Positions 1 to 10,100 of a DNA stretch of 64,000 nucleotides are shown here, in pieces. The DNA comes from Candidatus Parvarchaeum sp. (GTDB lineage: Archaea > Nanobdellota > Nanobdellia > Parvarchaeales > Parvarchaeaceae). The notes beneath the pieces are model-generated. The model saw nothing but the letters and a program-made list of their open reading frames with translations, was not told the DNA's origin and ran no database searches. The DNA is taken from contig JBMFWF010000002.1 in the NCBI GenBank assembly GCA_049965555.1, positions 1 through 64,000 of the forward strand, read 5' to 3'. A program made the position numbers and the translations under genes. Numbering within the stretch: the stretch's first letter is position 1; each line of letters starts with the position of its first letter.

Positions 1-152
1 GAAAAGAGTATTACCAAAACTAATACTATTATTATAAGAACCCAACCCCAGCTTACTAAATAATCTAAAGCAGCCTGTGCCCTCGCATGCCCTTGCTTAC
101 TTTTTATACTATAGGTTTTCTTGTTCAGCTTGTTTTTCGCTCTTGAAGGCAT
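1..152 (-). CDS. Class III signal peptide (pilin-like/surface) protein; only the N-terminus is in the window
   Basis: Hand translation from ATG at 152: MPSRAKNKLNKKTYSIKSKQGHARAQAALDYLVSWGWVLIIIVLVLVILF. Basic leader, RA|Q site, hydrophobic helix. Not in the ORF track. Confidence 0.8.
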   Translation of the reverse strand, partial: MPSRAKNKLNKKTYSIKSKQGHARAQAALDYLVSWGWVLIIIVLVLVILF

Positions 153-214
153 ATCAATTATACTCTTTAAATAAAATATATTAATAAGTTTCAACTTAAA
201 AGAAAAGCCCTATT

Positions 215-823
215 TTATTGGCCTATTACATTTTTCCTTATTCTCTTCCAAATATCGTTTTCAAATCTTTCTTGATTTTCCCATCTACCTCTCGAATGAT
301 AACCGTATTTCTCCCAATATCCGTCTTTGTAATCCTTTACCAAAAAGATTAATTTGAGCCATTTTGCACTTTTCCAACCATATAATGATGGTATAAAAGG
401 CCTTGCTGGAAAACCTTGCTCTTTTTTAAGGATTTCTCCATTTAACTTCAAAGCTATGATTGAATTATCTGTTATGTCCTCTAAATTAATAATAGTTGTA
501 TAGCCATCCAGGCAATAAAATATAGCAAACTTGGCTTCTTTCTTAACGACTGCCATCTCCAGTATCTTTTTTAATGATGGCCCTTCCCACAAAACATCCT
601 TAACAGACCATTTAGTAACACAATTAAAATCTACATTATATTTCAAATGTTTCATATCATTCAATTCATCATATGAGAAAGCAAGTCTTTTTTCTACTAG
701 ACCACCAATCTCTAATTTCCAATTTTTTAAATCGACATCCAAAGAATTGCCATTTAATGCGTCATACAAAATGAAATTTTTTATGTAAAACTGTCCTTTT
801 GCGGCAGGGGCCTCTTTTTCCAT
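215..823 (-). CDS. Sulfite oxidase-like molybdopterin-binding oxidoreductase (YuiH-like)
   Basis: DFNCVTKWS Mo-ligand Cys motif, DGYTT, GFPAR, YGWKSAKW, GYWE..GYH. ATG at 823 (MEKEAP) preferred over the upstream TTG at 847. Confidence 0.85.
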   Translation of the reverse strand: MEKEAPAAKGQFYIKNFILYDALNGNSLDVDLKNWKLEIGGLVEKRLAFSYDELNDMKHLKYNVDFNCVTKWSVKDVLWEGPSLKKILEMAVVKKEAKFAIFYCLDGYTTIINLEDITDNSIIALKLNGEILKKEQGFPARPFIPSLYGWKSAKWLKLIFLVKDYKDGYWEKYGYHSRGRWENQERFENDIWKRIRKNVIGQ

Positions 824-890
824 ACTAAAACAAGAAATTTTTAGCAATTAAATCTAACTAAAGTAATACAAATAAATTAAATTAGAAAAT

Positions 891-1796
891 TTATGTCTTA
901 AAATGTCTTTTTTGATTTTCCAAAGAATTTTGTATTTTTATCAAGCGTTTTATTATCTCACTTCTTGGCAGGTCTTCAGACTGGAACTTGCACATGGCAT
1001 TTACTGAAAACACATTGCTTTTGTTTGCAAAACTCGTTTCAGATATGAAAACTGAGGGTATTTCTTTTACAAATGAAAGCTTTTTCAACTCTGATTTTGC
1101 ACTTTCTATGAATTTATCTGGATCTATTGAGGAAGGAACTTCATACCTTACTTTTACATTTCTATATTCTTCATTATTCAAAAATATCGAAGCCTGTAGG
1201 ACTATGCTGTTCGGTATTTTTATCGGTATATTATTATCCAAACGTATTGTAGTGAATGTTAATGTCATCTTTTCCACTATTCCTGTATAGCCTGGAACAA
1301 GAAAATCATTTGAAAAGAATTTTGGAGGGTAACTTGGGGCTATCAAACCGTATTGCCATGTACTCAAAGTTATCCTGTCTCCGATATTAAATGGCTTAGA
1401 GAAGAGAAGAACGATGCCGCTGAAAAAATTTGAAAGAGAGGCCTGCGCAGCCAATCCCACGACAACGCCTATAAAACCTCCTCCTAAGATAACAGATGTC
1501 AAGCCTATCTTAAAAGACGAAAGTGCAATAGCGATAACTATTATATATCCAGCTAATCTTGTAACAAAAACTATTGTATTACTGGCCTGCCTGTTTTTAA
1601 TGTTTGCTTTTGATTCTACTATTTCGCTTGCAAGATTCACGATTAAAACGCCTGCTATAAGTATAAGGACAATATAGATTATGCCATTAATAGTAGAAGG
1701 AATGCCTGGAATTAATGTGACAATGTATGCTATTGCTGAAAAAAGAACTAAAATTGAAAGTATAAAATAGATTTTATTATTAATATTCTTCTCCAT
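891..1796 (-). CDS. Small-conductance mechanosensitive channel (MscS family)
   Basis: N-terminal TM helices; GGGFIGVVVGLAAQASLSNFFSG, KPFNIGDRI, IPNS motifs. Confidence 0.9.
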   Translation of the reverse strand: MEKNINNKIYFILSILVLFSAIAYIVTLIPGIPSTINGIIYIVLILIAGVLIVNLASEIVESKANIKNRQASNTIVFVTRLAGYIIVIAIALSSFKIGLTSVILGGGFIGVVVGLAAQASLSNFFSGIVLLFSKPFNIGDRITLSTWQYGLIAPSYPPKFFSNDFLVPGYTGIVEKMTLTFTTIRLDNNIPIKIPNSIVLQASIFLNNEEYRNVKVRYEVPSSIDPDKFIESAKSELKKLSFVKEIPSVFISETSFANKSNVFSVNAMCKFQSEDLPRSEIIKRLIKIQNSLENQKRHFKT

Positions 1797-1896
1797 TACG
1801 TTAAAAAGAACTCATTATATAAAATTGTTATTACTTTATTAACTTTAAGAAAAGCAAATGAAATAGAAACTGATTTTTATATTAGGATCACAATCG

Positions 1897-2236
1897 CTAT
1901 TGAATATTTTTAAAATAATATTTAATCTTCTTGCCGAATTTTAAATAAGCTACTCTTGCTAATTCTAAATCCAGGTATACACCAATTACTGCAACTCCGT
2001 ATATAACAGGAAGAATAGCGGCAGCATGTTGTACATAAGCAAATTGATATTCATAGCTTGGTATTATATGAAGAGTTCTTTCAGCTGATAAAACTGAATA
2101 CATCTCTGGAAACGCCATTACTCCTGAGAATGCCAGTTTATATGCCTTTGGGTGCTTTTTAAGGTATTCAACAGCCCACTGTTTAAAACCAACTTTATTC
2201 TTTGATAAAAGGTCTTCTAAACCAACTTGATAGCAT
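1897..2236 (-). pseudogene. Small membrane protein with an apparent 1-nt frameshift near its start (or a 73-aa ORF at 1897..2118)
   Basis: The frame of ORF 1897..2118 stays open up to 2235 (YQVGLEDLLSKNKVGFKQWAVEYLKKHPKAYKLAFSGV-MAFPE...) with no in-frame start. The ATG at 2236 is 1 nt out of frame. Confidence 0.35.
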
Positions 2237-2273
2237 TACTTTTAATGAATGCAACCAATAAATAAGCTTTTTA

Positions 2274-2936
2274 TTAGCGTTTTATGTACTTCTTCCAGTT
2301 TTTCTTATCTTTCTCTACAGGAAGATAATGCAGATCCTCATTTGCCTCATTTTCTGCTAATTCGATTATCTTCAGATTATTCGGGTTATTGTGCTCTAAG
2401 ATGTAAAGGATTGTTTTGCCCTTTTCAAATGCAGGGTAGACATGCCAGCAAACAGTCTGTCCATCTCTGTTTTTCTTTATGTTCTCAAATATATACTCTC
2501 TATTTTCATCTATATCGGTGACCTCAGGGCCATCTTTTAAAGCTACTTTATAATATCTAAAGAAAGTATCTTCTGGACTAATTCTTTTTTTATCCGCTAA
2601 ATCTATAGTATACACTAGATCTGTTTTTAAACGCTGACTGAAAAGTTCACTGTCATTCCCTTTAGAGCTGTAATTTATTCTGCCGGGAACGCTATTCTTA
2701 AAGAGGTAAAGTATATCTTCACCGTCTTTATTAACTATGTAAGCATGCACTCTTTTATAAGTCAAGACATTTGAATTCTTATATAGTTCGTATTCTGGTC
2801 TGACCTCGCTCACTGGCGCATTCACTTTTAAAACTGCAAAGGAAAATAAGAAATTCATATCGTCAGTGTAACCATTATAAGAATCTATTTTTTCAGCGTT
2901 GTTTAGCAGCGACTCTAAAAAAGCCTCTTTTTTCAT
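2274..2936 (-). CDS. Hypothetical protein
   Basis: 220-aa ORF with ATG start and AT-rich TATA-like element upstream; no recognisable motif. Confidence 0.7.
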   Translation of the reverse strand: MKKEAFLESLLNNAEKIDSYNGYTDDMNFLFSFAVLKVNAPVSEVRPEYELYKNSNVLTYKRVHAYIVNKDGEDILYLFKNSVPGRINYSSKGNDSELFSQRLKTDLVYTIDLADKKRISPEDTFFRYYKVALKDGPEVTDIDENREYIFENIKKNRDGQTVCWHVYPAFEKGKTILYILEHNNPNNLKIIELAENEANEDLHYLPVEKDKKNWKKYIKR

Positions 2937-3023
2937 GTTTTTTTATAGAAAAATTCTAATATATAAACCTTATTATTTGTAAATTTTACAGAAAATTTCA
3001 TTAAAATTATTGATTAATTACAA

Positions 3024-4802
3024 TTAATATTCTTTTACACTTTGATACATTTTATTAAACTCGTTCCAAAGTTCATCCGGGATGTGATGCTCAAATTTTT
3101 CAAAGAAAACCTTAACTTCATTTAATTCCTTCAACCAGCCTATTTTATCAAAGTAAAATAATTCTTTTAGTTTTTCTTTTCCAATGTTTAATCCATTTAA
3201 ATTTATATCGTTTATATTAGGAATAAACCCAATCGGAGTTTCTATAGCATCTACTCTTCCTTCTACTCTATCTAACATCCATTTAATAATCCTAAAATTC
3301 TCGCCAAATCCTGGCCAGATATAATCTCCTTTTTCATCCTTTCTAAACCAATTCACATTAAAAACTTTTGGCGGATTTTTGACTTTCTTTGCCACATCAA
3401 ACCAATGCTTAAAGTAATCTCCCATATTATAGCCGCAAAATGCAAGCATCGACATAGGATCTGATCTTATTACTCCTACAGAAGAAGACTGGGCCGCAGT
3501 TGTCTCCGCCCTTGTCATCGCTCCCAATAAAATGCCTTGATTGAAGTTCTTTGCTTCATACACTAAAGGAATTAAAGAAGAACGCCTGCCCCCAAAGAGC
3601 ATTACTGAAATTTTTACACCTTTTGGATTTAAGTATGCTGTTGATTTAAACTTGTATTGATTTAAAGGCGTAGTAAACCTAGAATTTTTATGCGCCGCGC
3701 TTTCTTTACTTCCTGGATGCCACTCTGAACCCTGCCAATCATATAAAGTGTCGGGCGGCTCACTTAAACCTTCCCACCAGGGAGTGTTATTCTTTGGGTT
3801 TAAAGCAACATTTGTAAATATTGTGTTTTTCTTCAGCGACTGCAATATATTGGGATTGCTGTTTGGCCCAGTACCGTATGCAACTCCGAAGAACCCGTTT
3901 TCTGGATTTATACCGCGTAGTTCGCCTTTTTCTCCTACAAAAAGCCAGCTTATATCATCTCCGACTGTTTTAGCACTGAAATCCTTGAAATTATTGGGAG
4001 GTTTTATCATCGCCAAGTTAGTTTTCCCGCTTGCGCTTGGTAACGCCCCGCTTATATAATATTTTTTACCTTTTTTATCATCATTTACCTCAAGAAGAAA
4101 CATGTGCTCAGCCAGCCAACCCTCATCTCTTGCGGCTACGCTTGCAATTCTCAAAGCATGCGGCTTTTTGCTCAATATTGCATTTCCGCCATATTCTGTA
4201 TTTATGCTCATCAGAAGCAATTCATCAGGGAAATGGCAAATGTACCTGTTCTCTAAGCTTAAATTACCGGTTGAATGCAGCGACCTTACGTATCTTTTCT
4301 TATTTTTCATCTCTTTAACCGCTTTTCTACCCATCCTTGTAAGTATGCGCATGTTTACAACGACATATGCACTATCTGTTAATTCTATTCCGACTTGAGA
4401 AAAATTAGAGTTTTCTGGGCCCATAAGATAAGGAACTACATACATTGTTCTTCCCTTCATTACTCCGTCAAAAAGTCCCCACATCATCTTCAACGCTTTC
4501 TCTTTTTTCATCCACTTGTTTGTCGGGCCGGCATCTTCCTGGTTTTCAGTACATATTAAAGTCCTGTCCTCTACTCTTGCAACATCGTTTTTCTCAGTTC
4601 GGTAAAGATAACAGTTCTTATATTCCTTTTCATTAAGCTTTATCCATTTGCCTTGATTAGTAAGCAGATTATCTAACTCTGCATTTTCTTCATCGGAACC
4701 ATTGCACCAATATACTTTATCTGGTTTTGTTATTTTTCTTACTTCTTCAACCCATAAAATCAAAGAACTTGGTAAAGACTTTATATCTTTGTTATCAAGC
4801 AT
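3024..4802 (-). CDS. pckG: Phosphoenolpyruvate carboxykinase (GTP)
   Basis: DVARVE, GWLAEHM, PSASGKTNLAM, VGDDI, INPENGFFGVA, AHKNSRF, FGGRR, WPGFGEN. ATG at 4802 is the likely start. Confidence 0.95.
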   Translation of the reverse strand: MLDNKDIKSLPSSLILWVEEVRKITKPDKVYWCNGSDEENAELDNLLTNQGKWIKLNEKEYKNCYLYRTEKNDVARVEDRTLICTENQEDAGPTNKWMKKEKALKMMWGLFDGVMKGRTMYVVPYLMGPENSNFSQVGIELTDSAYVVVNMRILTRMGRKAVKEMKNKKRYVRSLHSTGNLSLENRYICHFPDELLLMSINTEYGGNAILSKKPHALRIASVAARDEGWLAEHMFLLEVNDDKKGKKYYISGALPSASGKTNLAMIKPPNNFKDFSAKTVGDDISWLFVGEKGELRGINPENGFFGVAYGTGPNSNPNILQSLKKNTIFTNVALNPKNNTPWWEGLSEPPDTLYDWQGSEWHPGSKESAAHKNSRFTTPLNQYKFKSTAYLNPKGVKISVMLFGGRRSSLIPLVYEAKNFNQGILLGAMTRAETTAAQSSSVGVIRSDPMSMLAFCGYNMGDYFKHWFDVAKKVKNPPKVFNVNWFRKDEKGDYIWPGFGENFRIIKWMLDRVEGRVDAIETPIGFIPNINDINLNGLNIGKEKLKELFYFDKIGWLKELNEVKVFFEKFEHHIPDELWNEFNKMYQSVKEY

Positions 4803-4979
4803 TGTTAATTTCACCTGCAATTTTCTAAGCTTTTGTATCGACTAAATCGAAAGCTAAAACATATCATTAATATGCATTTAATTGATTTATAGTTTTTGAT
4901 ACAACGTTAACGTAAAAGATATTTTTACTTTTCACATAAGTAAAAATTAACAATTGAAAATCGATTAAAAGCTTAAATA

Positions 4980-6431
4980 TTGAAAGTTTTCAGAGTATTA
5001 AATATGATTTTTAGAAATGGCGCTATTGATCCACTGTATGCAGTTAAGAAAGACATAGAAGAATTGTTAAAGAGCAACAAAGACAATAAAAAGTTGGATG
5101 AGATAATAAAAAGTAAGGGCGTAAAACTGGAAGATTTGTTAACCAATGAGCTAAAGATAGATTACGATAATCTTAATATAAGAACTAGTTATTATACCCG
5201 AGATTACAAAAGTAATATTATGAATATTATTAATGTACTAAAAGACATAAAAGAATTTTCGAAAAGCGCTTATGAAAAGATATATTTCGACATTGACTAT
5301 GATAGAGAAGATGAAAGTTATTATATAAAAGCATTAGATAAAAGTAATGAGAACCTGATCTATTTAAGGCTTTCAAAAGGTTTATTCGATACCAGTGACG
5401 GCTTGGAGCACGTATTTTTATCTTTAGGCATATACAAAAATTTCGCGGAAAAACCTTCGTTTGCAAAAGAGTTATTTTCAATACTGAATGAAAAAGTAGT
5501 AATAAAAGATATAGAAAAAACGTATAAGGACCTGCTGATTGAAGGAGATAACCCAGATAACCCTGCGAGTTTAACAGACCTTCTTAAAGGCCTTGGATTA
5601 GAAGTTTACAACAGTGATATAAGCATGAAAGCAGTAGGCGGATACAATGATATAAAAGATAGAATTGAAAGAGAGGTATTCACTCCTTTTGCACATAAAG
5701 ACATACTTAACGAAATAAGAAAACTTACTAGAATAACTAAAAAGAATGAAACAAACAGCGCATTGTTCTATGGAGAACCAGGAACAGGCAAAACTTTAAT
5801 GGCTAGGGTTATATCAAATGAAAACAAACTTAATTTCATATACATGAACATATCTCAGATATATTCACATTGGTACGGTGATTCTCCAAAAAGGATGGAA
5901 AGTGCATTTGACCTTGCGAAGAAATACTCAAAAAAATACGGAAAAACGGTATTATTTATAGATGAAATAGACTCTCTTGGCAGCAGACAATATAACAGCA
6001 ATGAAAGCAATAAAGTATTAAATGTGCTGCTCACAAAATTAAGCGGAATAAAGTCTGAAGAAAATGAAGACCTGCTTCTAATCGGCTGCACAAACTTAAT
6101 TGATAACCTTGATCCTGCTTTGGTATCCAGATTCAAGAGCAAGATTTACTTTAGAAAGCCGGATGAGAATGACAGAATAGGGATAATTAAAACATATTCA
6201 CAAAAATTATCAGATGAAGATATAAAAACATTTTCTAAAAGCACCGAAGGATTAACCGGCAGGGACATAGAATCTATTGTTTCTATAGCAGAAGAAAACT
6301 TAGCTTATGACCTAGCAAATAAAAAGATAAATTACAAAGTACCAAAAATAGAAGATTATTTGTACTCTATAAATTTGTTTAAACAGAATTATGCACAAGA
6401 GAAACAAAAAATCAATGGACTATACAGTTAA
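4980..6431 (+). CDS. AAA+ ATPase: single classical AAA module with an unrecognised N-domain
   Basis: Walker A GEPGTGKT, pore loop YSHWYGDS, Walker B LFIDEID, SRH TN..DNLDPALVSRF. Start may be the ATG at 5004. Confidence 0.9.
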   Translation: MKVFRVLNMIFRNGAIDPLYAVKKDIEELLKSNKDNKKLDEIIKSKGVKLEDLLTNELKIDYDNLNIRTSYYTRDYKSNIMNIINVLKDIKEFSKSAYEKIYFDIDYDREDESYYIKALDKSNENLIYLRLSKGLFDTSDGLEHVFLSLGIYKNFAEKPSFAKELFSILNEKVVIKDIEKTYKDLLIEGDNPDNPASLTDLLKGLGLEVYNSDISMKAVGGYNDIKDRIEREVFTPFAHKDILNEIRKLTRITKKNETNSALFYGEPGTGKTLMARVISNENKLNFIYMNISQIYSHWYGDSPKRMESAFDLAKKYSKKYGKTVLFIDEIDSLGSRQYNSNESNKVLNVLLTKLSGIKSEENEDLLLIGCTNLIDNLDPALVSRFKSKIYFRKPDENDRIGIIKTYSQKLSDEDIKTFSKSTEGLTGRDIESIVSIAEENLAYDLANKKINYKVPKIEDYLYSINLFKQNYAQEKQKINGLYS

Positions 6432-6494
6432 TAGCATTACCTGATAGAATAACTACAGTTTAATCTTAAATAATATTAATTATAATATATTTAT

Positions 6495-7451
6495 ATGGAA
6501 ATTAATAAAAACATATTTGAAAATAAAAAATTTAAGAAGATTATTTTGCCTCCACCAAATCATAAACCTGGATCATTTAAAGGGGCAGGTGATCTTTTAA
6601 TAAATTCTTCCGGTTATTGGTTAACTTCCAGATCAAGAACTAAACAAAAAAGAGGATATGAAGTAGAGATTTTTCATTCAAAAGAGGGGTATAACTATAA
6701 ACTAATAAAAAAAATAAATATAAAACAGTTAGAAAAGAACTTAAACACTAAATTATCAAGTATAGAAGGACAGCAGATTCTTTATCACGAAAAGGAAAAA
6801 CTTTATTATCTTTATATATCAGTAGATTTTGGAGACAGTAATGGACATTTGTGGAAAACAATTTTGATGACAACAAAAAATCCATCAAAAGACTGGGAGA
6901 ATAAAGGCGTTGTAATAGAACCAGTAAAACCATTTAACACAGCAAAGGATTTTAATATAAGTAATATAAATGGATTATACATAGGATTATGTAAAGCATA
7001 TATCGATACAAAAAACCAGCTTAAAGCTGCTTTATTTACAAGTAAAGAGGGTTTACATTGGAAATATATTGGCGTTCCATTAGTAGATAACAAAAAACAA
7101 CCAAAGGTATTTGCATTAGATGGTAAATTTTACAAACTTAACAATCAAATATTTTTTATAGGGTCCCTTGGTAATTTTTTTGAGAATGGATTAACTGCTT
7201 CAGATAGAATATGTGGATACGAACTAAACTTAAAAACGAATAATTTAAAAACTATTTTTATAGATAAGTGGAAGGTTAAATCAAAATATGAACGACTAGA
7301 TTACCCACTTCATACATATTGTGCTCCGGTATTTGACCATAAAAAAAATGAATTTAAAATAATAGCAGAAGCAATAGATCCAAGATACACTAAAAAATTA
7401 GGTGTATTCGATGTAGTTGATAATGTCATAATGTTCACTTCAAAAGTATAG
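6495..7451 (+). CDS. Putative beta-propeller glycoside hydrolase-like protein
   Basis: Repeated blade-like units with Asp-box-like S.xG..W/Y (HSKEGYNY, TSKEGLHW) and WENKGVVI; next to the sugar cluster. Confidence 0.5.
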   Translation: MEINKNIFENKKFKKIILPPPNHKPGSFKGAGDLLINSSGYWLTSRSRTKQKRGYEVEIFHSKEGYNYKLIKKINIKQLEKNLNTKLSSIEGQQILYHEKEKLYYLYISVDFGDSNGHLWKTILMTTKNPSKDWENKGVVIEPVKPFNTAKDFNISNINGLYIGLCKAYIDTKNQLKAALFTSKEGLHWKYIGVPLVDNKKQPKVFALDGKFYKLNNQIFFIGSLGNFFENGLTASDRICGYELNLKTNNLKTIFIDKWKVKSKYERLDYPLHTYCAPVFDHKKNEFKIIAEAIDPRYTKKLGVFDVVDNVIMFTSKV

Positions 7452-7455
7452 TAAT

Positions 7456-8289
7456 ATGAATTTAAAAAAAATTAGAGTTAAAACCATAGATAATCTATTT
7501 TTAGATGGATTACTCTATAAATCTAAAAACAAAGCAGAAACCGTGATTATAAATATACATGGAACTGCGGGTAATTTTTATATACATAATTTTATAGATA
7601 AAATGGCTGTTGAGTACACAAAAGATAATATAGATTTCATGGCTGTAAATAACCGTGGTCATGATTTTATATCCGAATTACAACAAGCAAACTTAAAAAG
7701 AACAAGAATAATCGGGTATACTTACGAAAAATTTGAAGATTGCGTATATGATATAAAAGCCTGGATAAATTTTGCATCAAAGTTAAAATACAAAAAAATA
7801 ATATTACAAGGACATAGTTTAGGCGCAATTAAATCTACTTATTACGCATACAAAACTAAAGATAAACGGTTAAGTGGCTTGATTCTAGCTTCTCCACCTG
7901 ATATTGTTGGATTATTCTACAGAAAAGAAAAACCATTTAATATAACAAAGGATCTAATGCTAATAAAAAATAGAGATAACTTTCAATTAATATCAAAAAA
8001 TACTTTTAATAGTCTTAGAAAAAAGAATGGTCCTGCAGATATATTTAATACTTATGATCCCAATAAAACTTCGGCACTAAAAGAGATAGATATACCGATA
8101 CTTGCGTTCTTTGGAGATCAACAAGAAGCTACAATAATGGAACCAAGCAAAACACTTAAAATATTATATGAAAAATCTCAAAAAATAAATTTTAGTTTTA
8201 AGGTTATAACTGGTGCTAATCACATATATTATAAAAAAGAAAAAAATGTAGCTAAACTAGTAGTTTCCTGGGTAAAAAAACAATTTTAA
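7456..8289 (+). CDS. Alpha/beta hydrolase (DUF1749-like)
   Basis: IHG oxyanion motif, NNRGH, nucleophile elbow GHSLG, C-terminal GANH catalytic His. Confidence 0.85.
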   Translation: MNLKKIRVKTIDNLFLDGLLYKSKNKAETVIINIHGTAGNFYIHNFIDKMAVEYTKDNIDFMAVNNRGHDFISELQQANLKRTRIIGYTYEKFEDCVYDIKAWINFASKLKYKKIILQGHSLGAIKSTYYAYKTKDKRLSGLILASPPDIVGLFYRKEKPFNITKDLMLIKNRDNFQLISKNTFNSLRKKNGPADIFNTYDPNKTSALKEIDIPILAFFGDQQEATIMEPSKTLKILYEKSQKINFSFKVITGANHIYYKKEKNVAKLVVSWVKKQF

Positions 8290-8294
8290 TTAAT

Positions 8295-9281
8295 TTAAGC
8301 CACTTGCCTTACAAAATTATCATTTTTATATATATTATATTTATTAAGCTTAAAGTTTACAGCTGAACCAACCATCTTAGGTTTATTACCTCTAAGCACT
8401 ATCATAGAACTGTCCTTCATTTCACACATCCAGTAGTTAACGTCACCGACTATTTCATTTGTAACCAGCTTAGCTTTTAAGGCCCCCTCGCCAGCAGAAG
8501 CCCATTCTGGTCTAAAGCCCCAACTAATTGAATCACTTTTCTTTATGAAACTCATTGGAAAATTTCCTATGAAATCTCCAACCCATCTATTCTTAGGAAA
8601 ATTATATAAATTTTCAAATGAATCAATCTGTTGGAATTTACCATCATTTAAAACGCCTACTCTAGAGGTTATATTTGAAGTTTCTCTCTGATCATGTGTA
8701 ACGTAAACAAATGTACTATGTAATTGCTCACGTAGTCTCTTAAGTTCCTCTCTAGCAGTAAATCTTACCCTTGCATCTAAATTTGAAAATGGTTCATCCA
8801 GTAAAAACATTGAAGGACTACGAACTAGAGCCCTTGCTAATGCAACTCTTTGCTTTTGACCTCCACTTATCTTTGAAACTGCGGAAGGCAAAATTTCAGA
8901 TATCCCTAAAAGTTTTGCCGCTGCTTTTACTCTTTTTTCTATTTGATCTTTTTTAAATCTGGCTATCTTAAGCGGAAATGCGATGTTCCTATAAACATCC
9001 ATATTTGGATACAAAGCAAAACTTTGAAAGACCATCGCTATATCCCGTTTATTTGGGGATAGATCTGTAATATCCTTTCCATCTAAAAATATTTTACCAG
9101 AATCCGGTTCTTCTATACCTACTATAATTCTAAGAAGAGTACTTTTACCAGTTCCAGATGGGCCTAATATTGCAAAAAGTTCTCCCTCATAAATTTTAAG
9201 ATCTAAATTGTCTATTACTGCTTTTTTACCAAATTTCTTAGTTACGCCTTTTAATTCTAATTTTATTTTATTTTTTTTCAT
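8295..9281 (-). CDS. Sugar ABC transporter ATP-binding subunit (MalK-like)
   Basis: GPSGTGKS, AMVFQ, ISGGQKQR, LLDEP, VTHDQ. Confidence 0.95.
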   Translation of the reverse strand: MKKNKIKLELKGVTKKFGKKAVIDNLDLKIYEGELFAILGPSGTGKSTLLRIIVGIEEPDSGKIFLDGKDITDLSPNKRDIAMVFQSFALYPNMDVYRNIAFPLKIARFKKDQIEKRVKAAAKLLGISEILPSAVSKISGGQKQRVALARALVRSPSMFLLDEPFSNLDARVRFTAREELKRLREQLHSTFVYVTHDQRETSNITSRVGVLNDGKFQQIDSFENLYNFPKNRWVGDFIGNFPMSFIKKSDSISWGFRPEWASAGEGALKAKLVTNEIVGDVNYWMCEMKDSSMIVLRGNKPKMVGSAVNFKLNKYNIYKNDNFVRQVA

Positions 9282-10099
9282 CCTGTTATACCTCCAGTTA
9301 AATAAATCCCCCTTATATACTTTTGTAATACCACAGTTAAAATAATTACCGGTATGGAAACAACAGCAGCAAATGCCGCGGCTTGTATTAAGCTTCCTTC
9401 AGTTATATTTATATAAACAATTACAGGTAAAGTCGGTTTTAATGGCGAAAGGATAACTGCGAATGTAAACTCATCCCAAGAAGTAAGCCAGGAAAGTAAA
9501 AAAGCTGCAGCTACCCCGGCTTTGGCTAAAGGCACTAACATTGTATATAAAGTTCTAAAAAATCCCATTCCATCAACTCTTGCTTGATTCTCAAGATCTT
9601 TAGGAATTGCTCTAAATGATCCCAATAAGATAAATGTCGCCAGAGGCAGAGTAAACAATGATTGGGCAAGTGCTAATGCAAATGGACTATCAAATAAACC
9701 TGCTTTTATAAATTCAACAGAAATGGGTATAGCAATTATAAGCGCAGGTACTAAATTAGCTATAAAAAGAAATACCATTATTAAGTTACCTAGCCTTTTA
9801 TTAAGCTTACTTAATCCGTAAGCTGCGGGTATTGCTATGGCTAAGGTTATTGCTCCAACCATAAAAGCTACTTCTAGACTTTTAAACAATGGAGCAACAA
9901 AGTGGTATTGAGTTAAAGCACTTACAAAATTAGCTAAAGTTAATTTAACAGGTAATTGCGAGGGGTAAAGCTTATCTAAAGTTGTTGATGTAGGAGAAAA
10001 AGAAACCAAAAAAAGTATGTATAACGGATAAATAAAGATTATTGCAATAAGTATAGCTGAAGCGTATAACAAATATTTCTTTATTGTTTTAATTTTCAT
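9278..10099 (-). CDS. Carbohydrate ABC transporter permease (MalG-like)
   Basis: About 6 TM helices; EAA loop IPKDLENQARVDG; WDEF. Confidence 0.93.
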   Translation of the reverse strand: MKIKTIKKYLLYASAILIAIIFIYPLYILFLVSFSPTSTTLDKLYPSQLPVKLTLANFVSALTQYHFVAPLFKSLEVAFMVGAITLAIAIPAAYGLSKLNKRLGNLIMVFLFIANLVPALIIAIPISVEFIKAGLFDSPFALALAQSLFTLPLATFILLGSFRAIPKDLENQARVDGMGFFRTLYTMLVPLAKAGVAAAFLLSWLTSWDEFTFAVILSPLKPTLPVIVYINITEGSLIQAAAFAAVVSIPVIILTVVLQKYIRGIYLTGGITG

Positions 10100-10100
10100 A

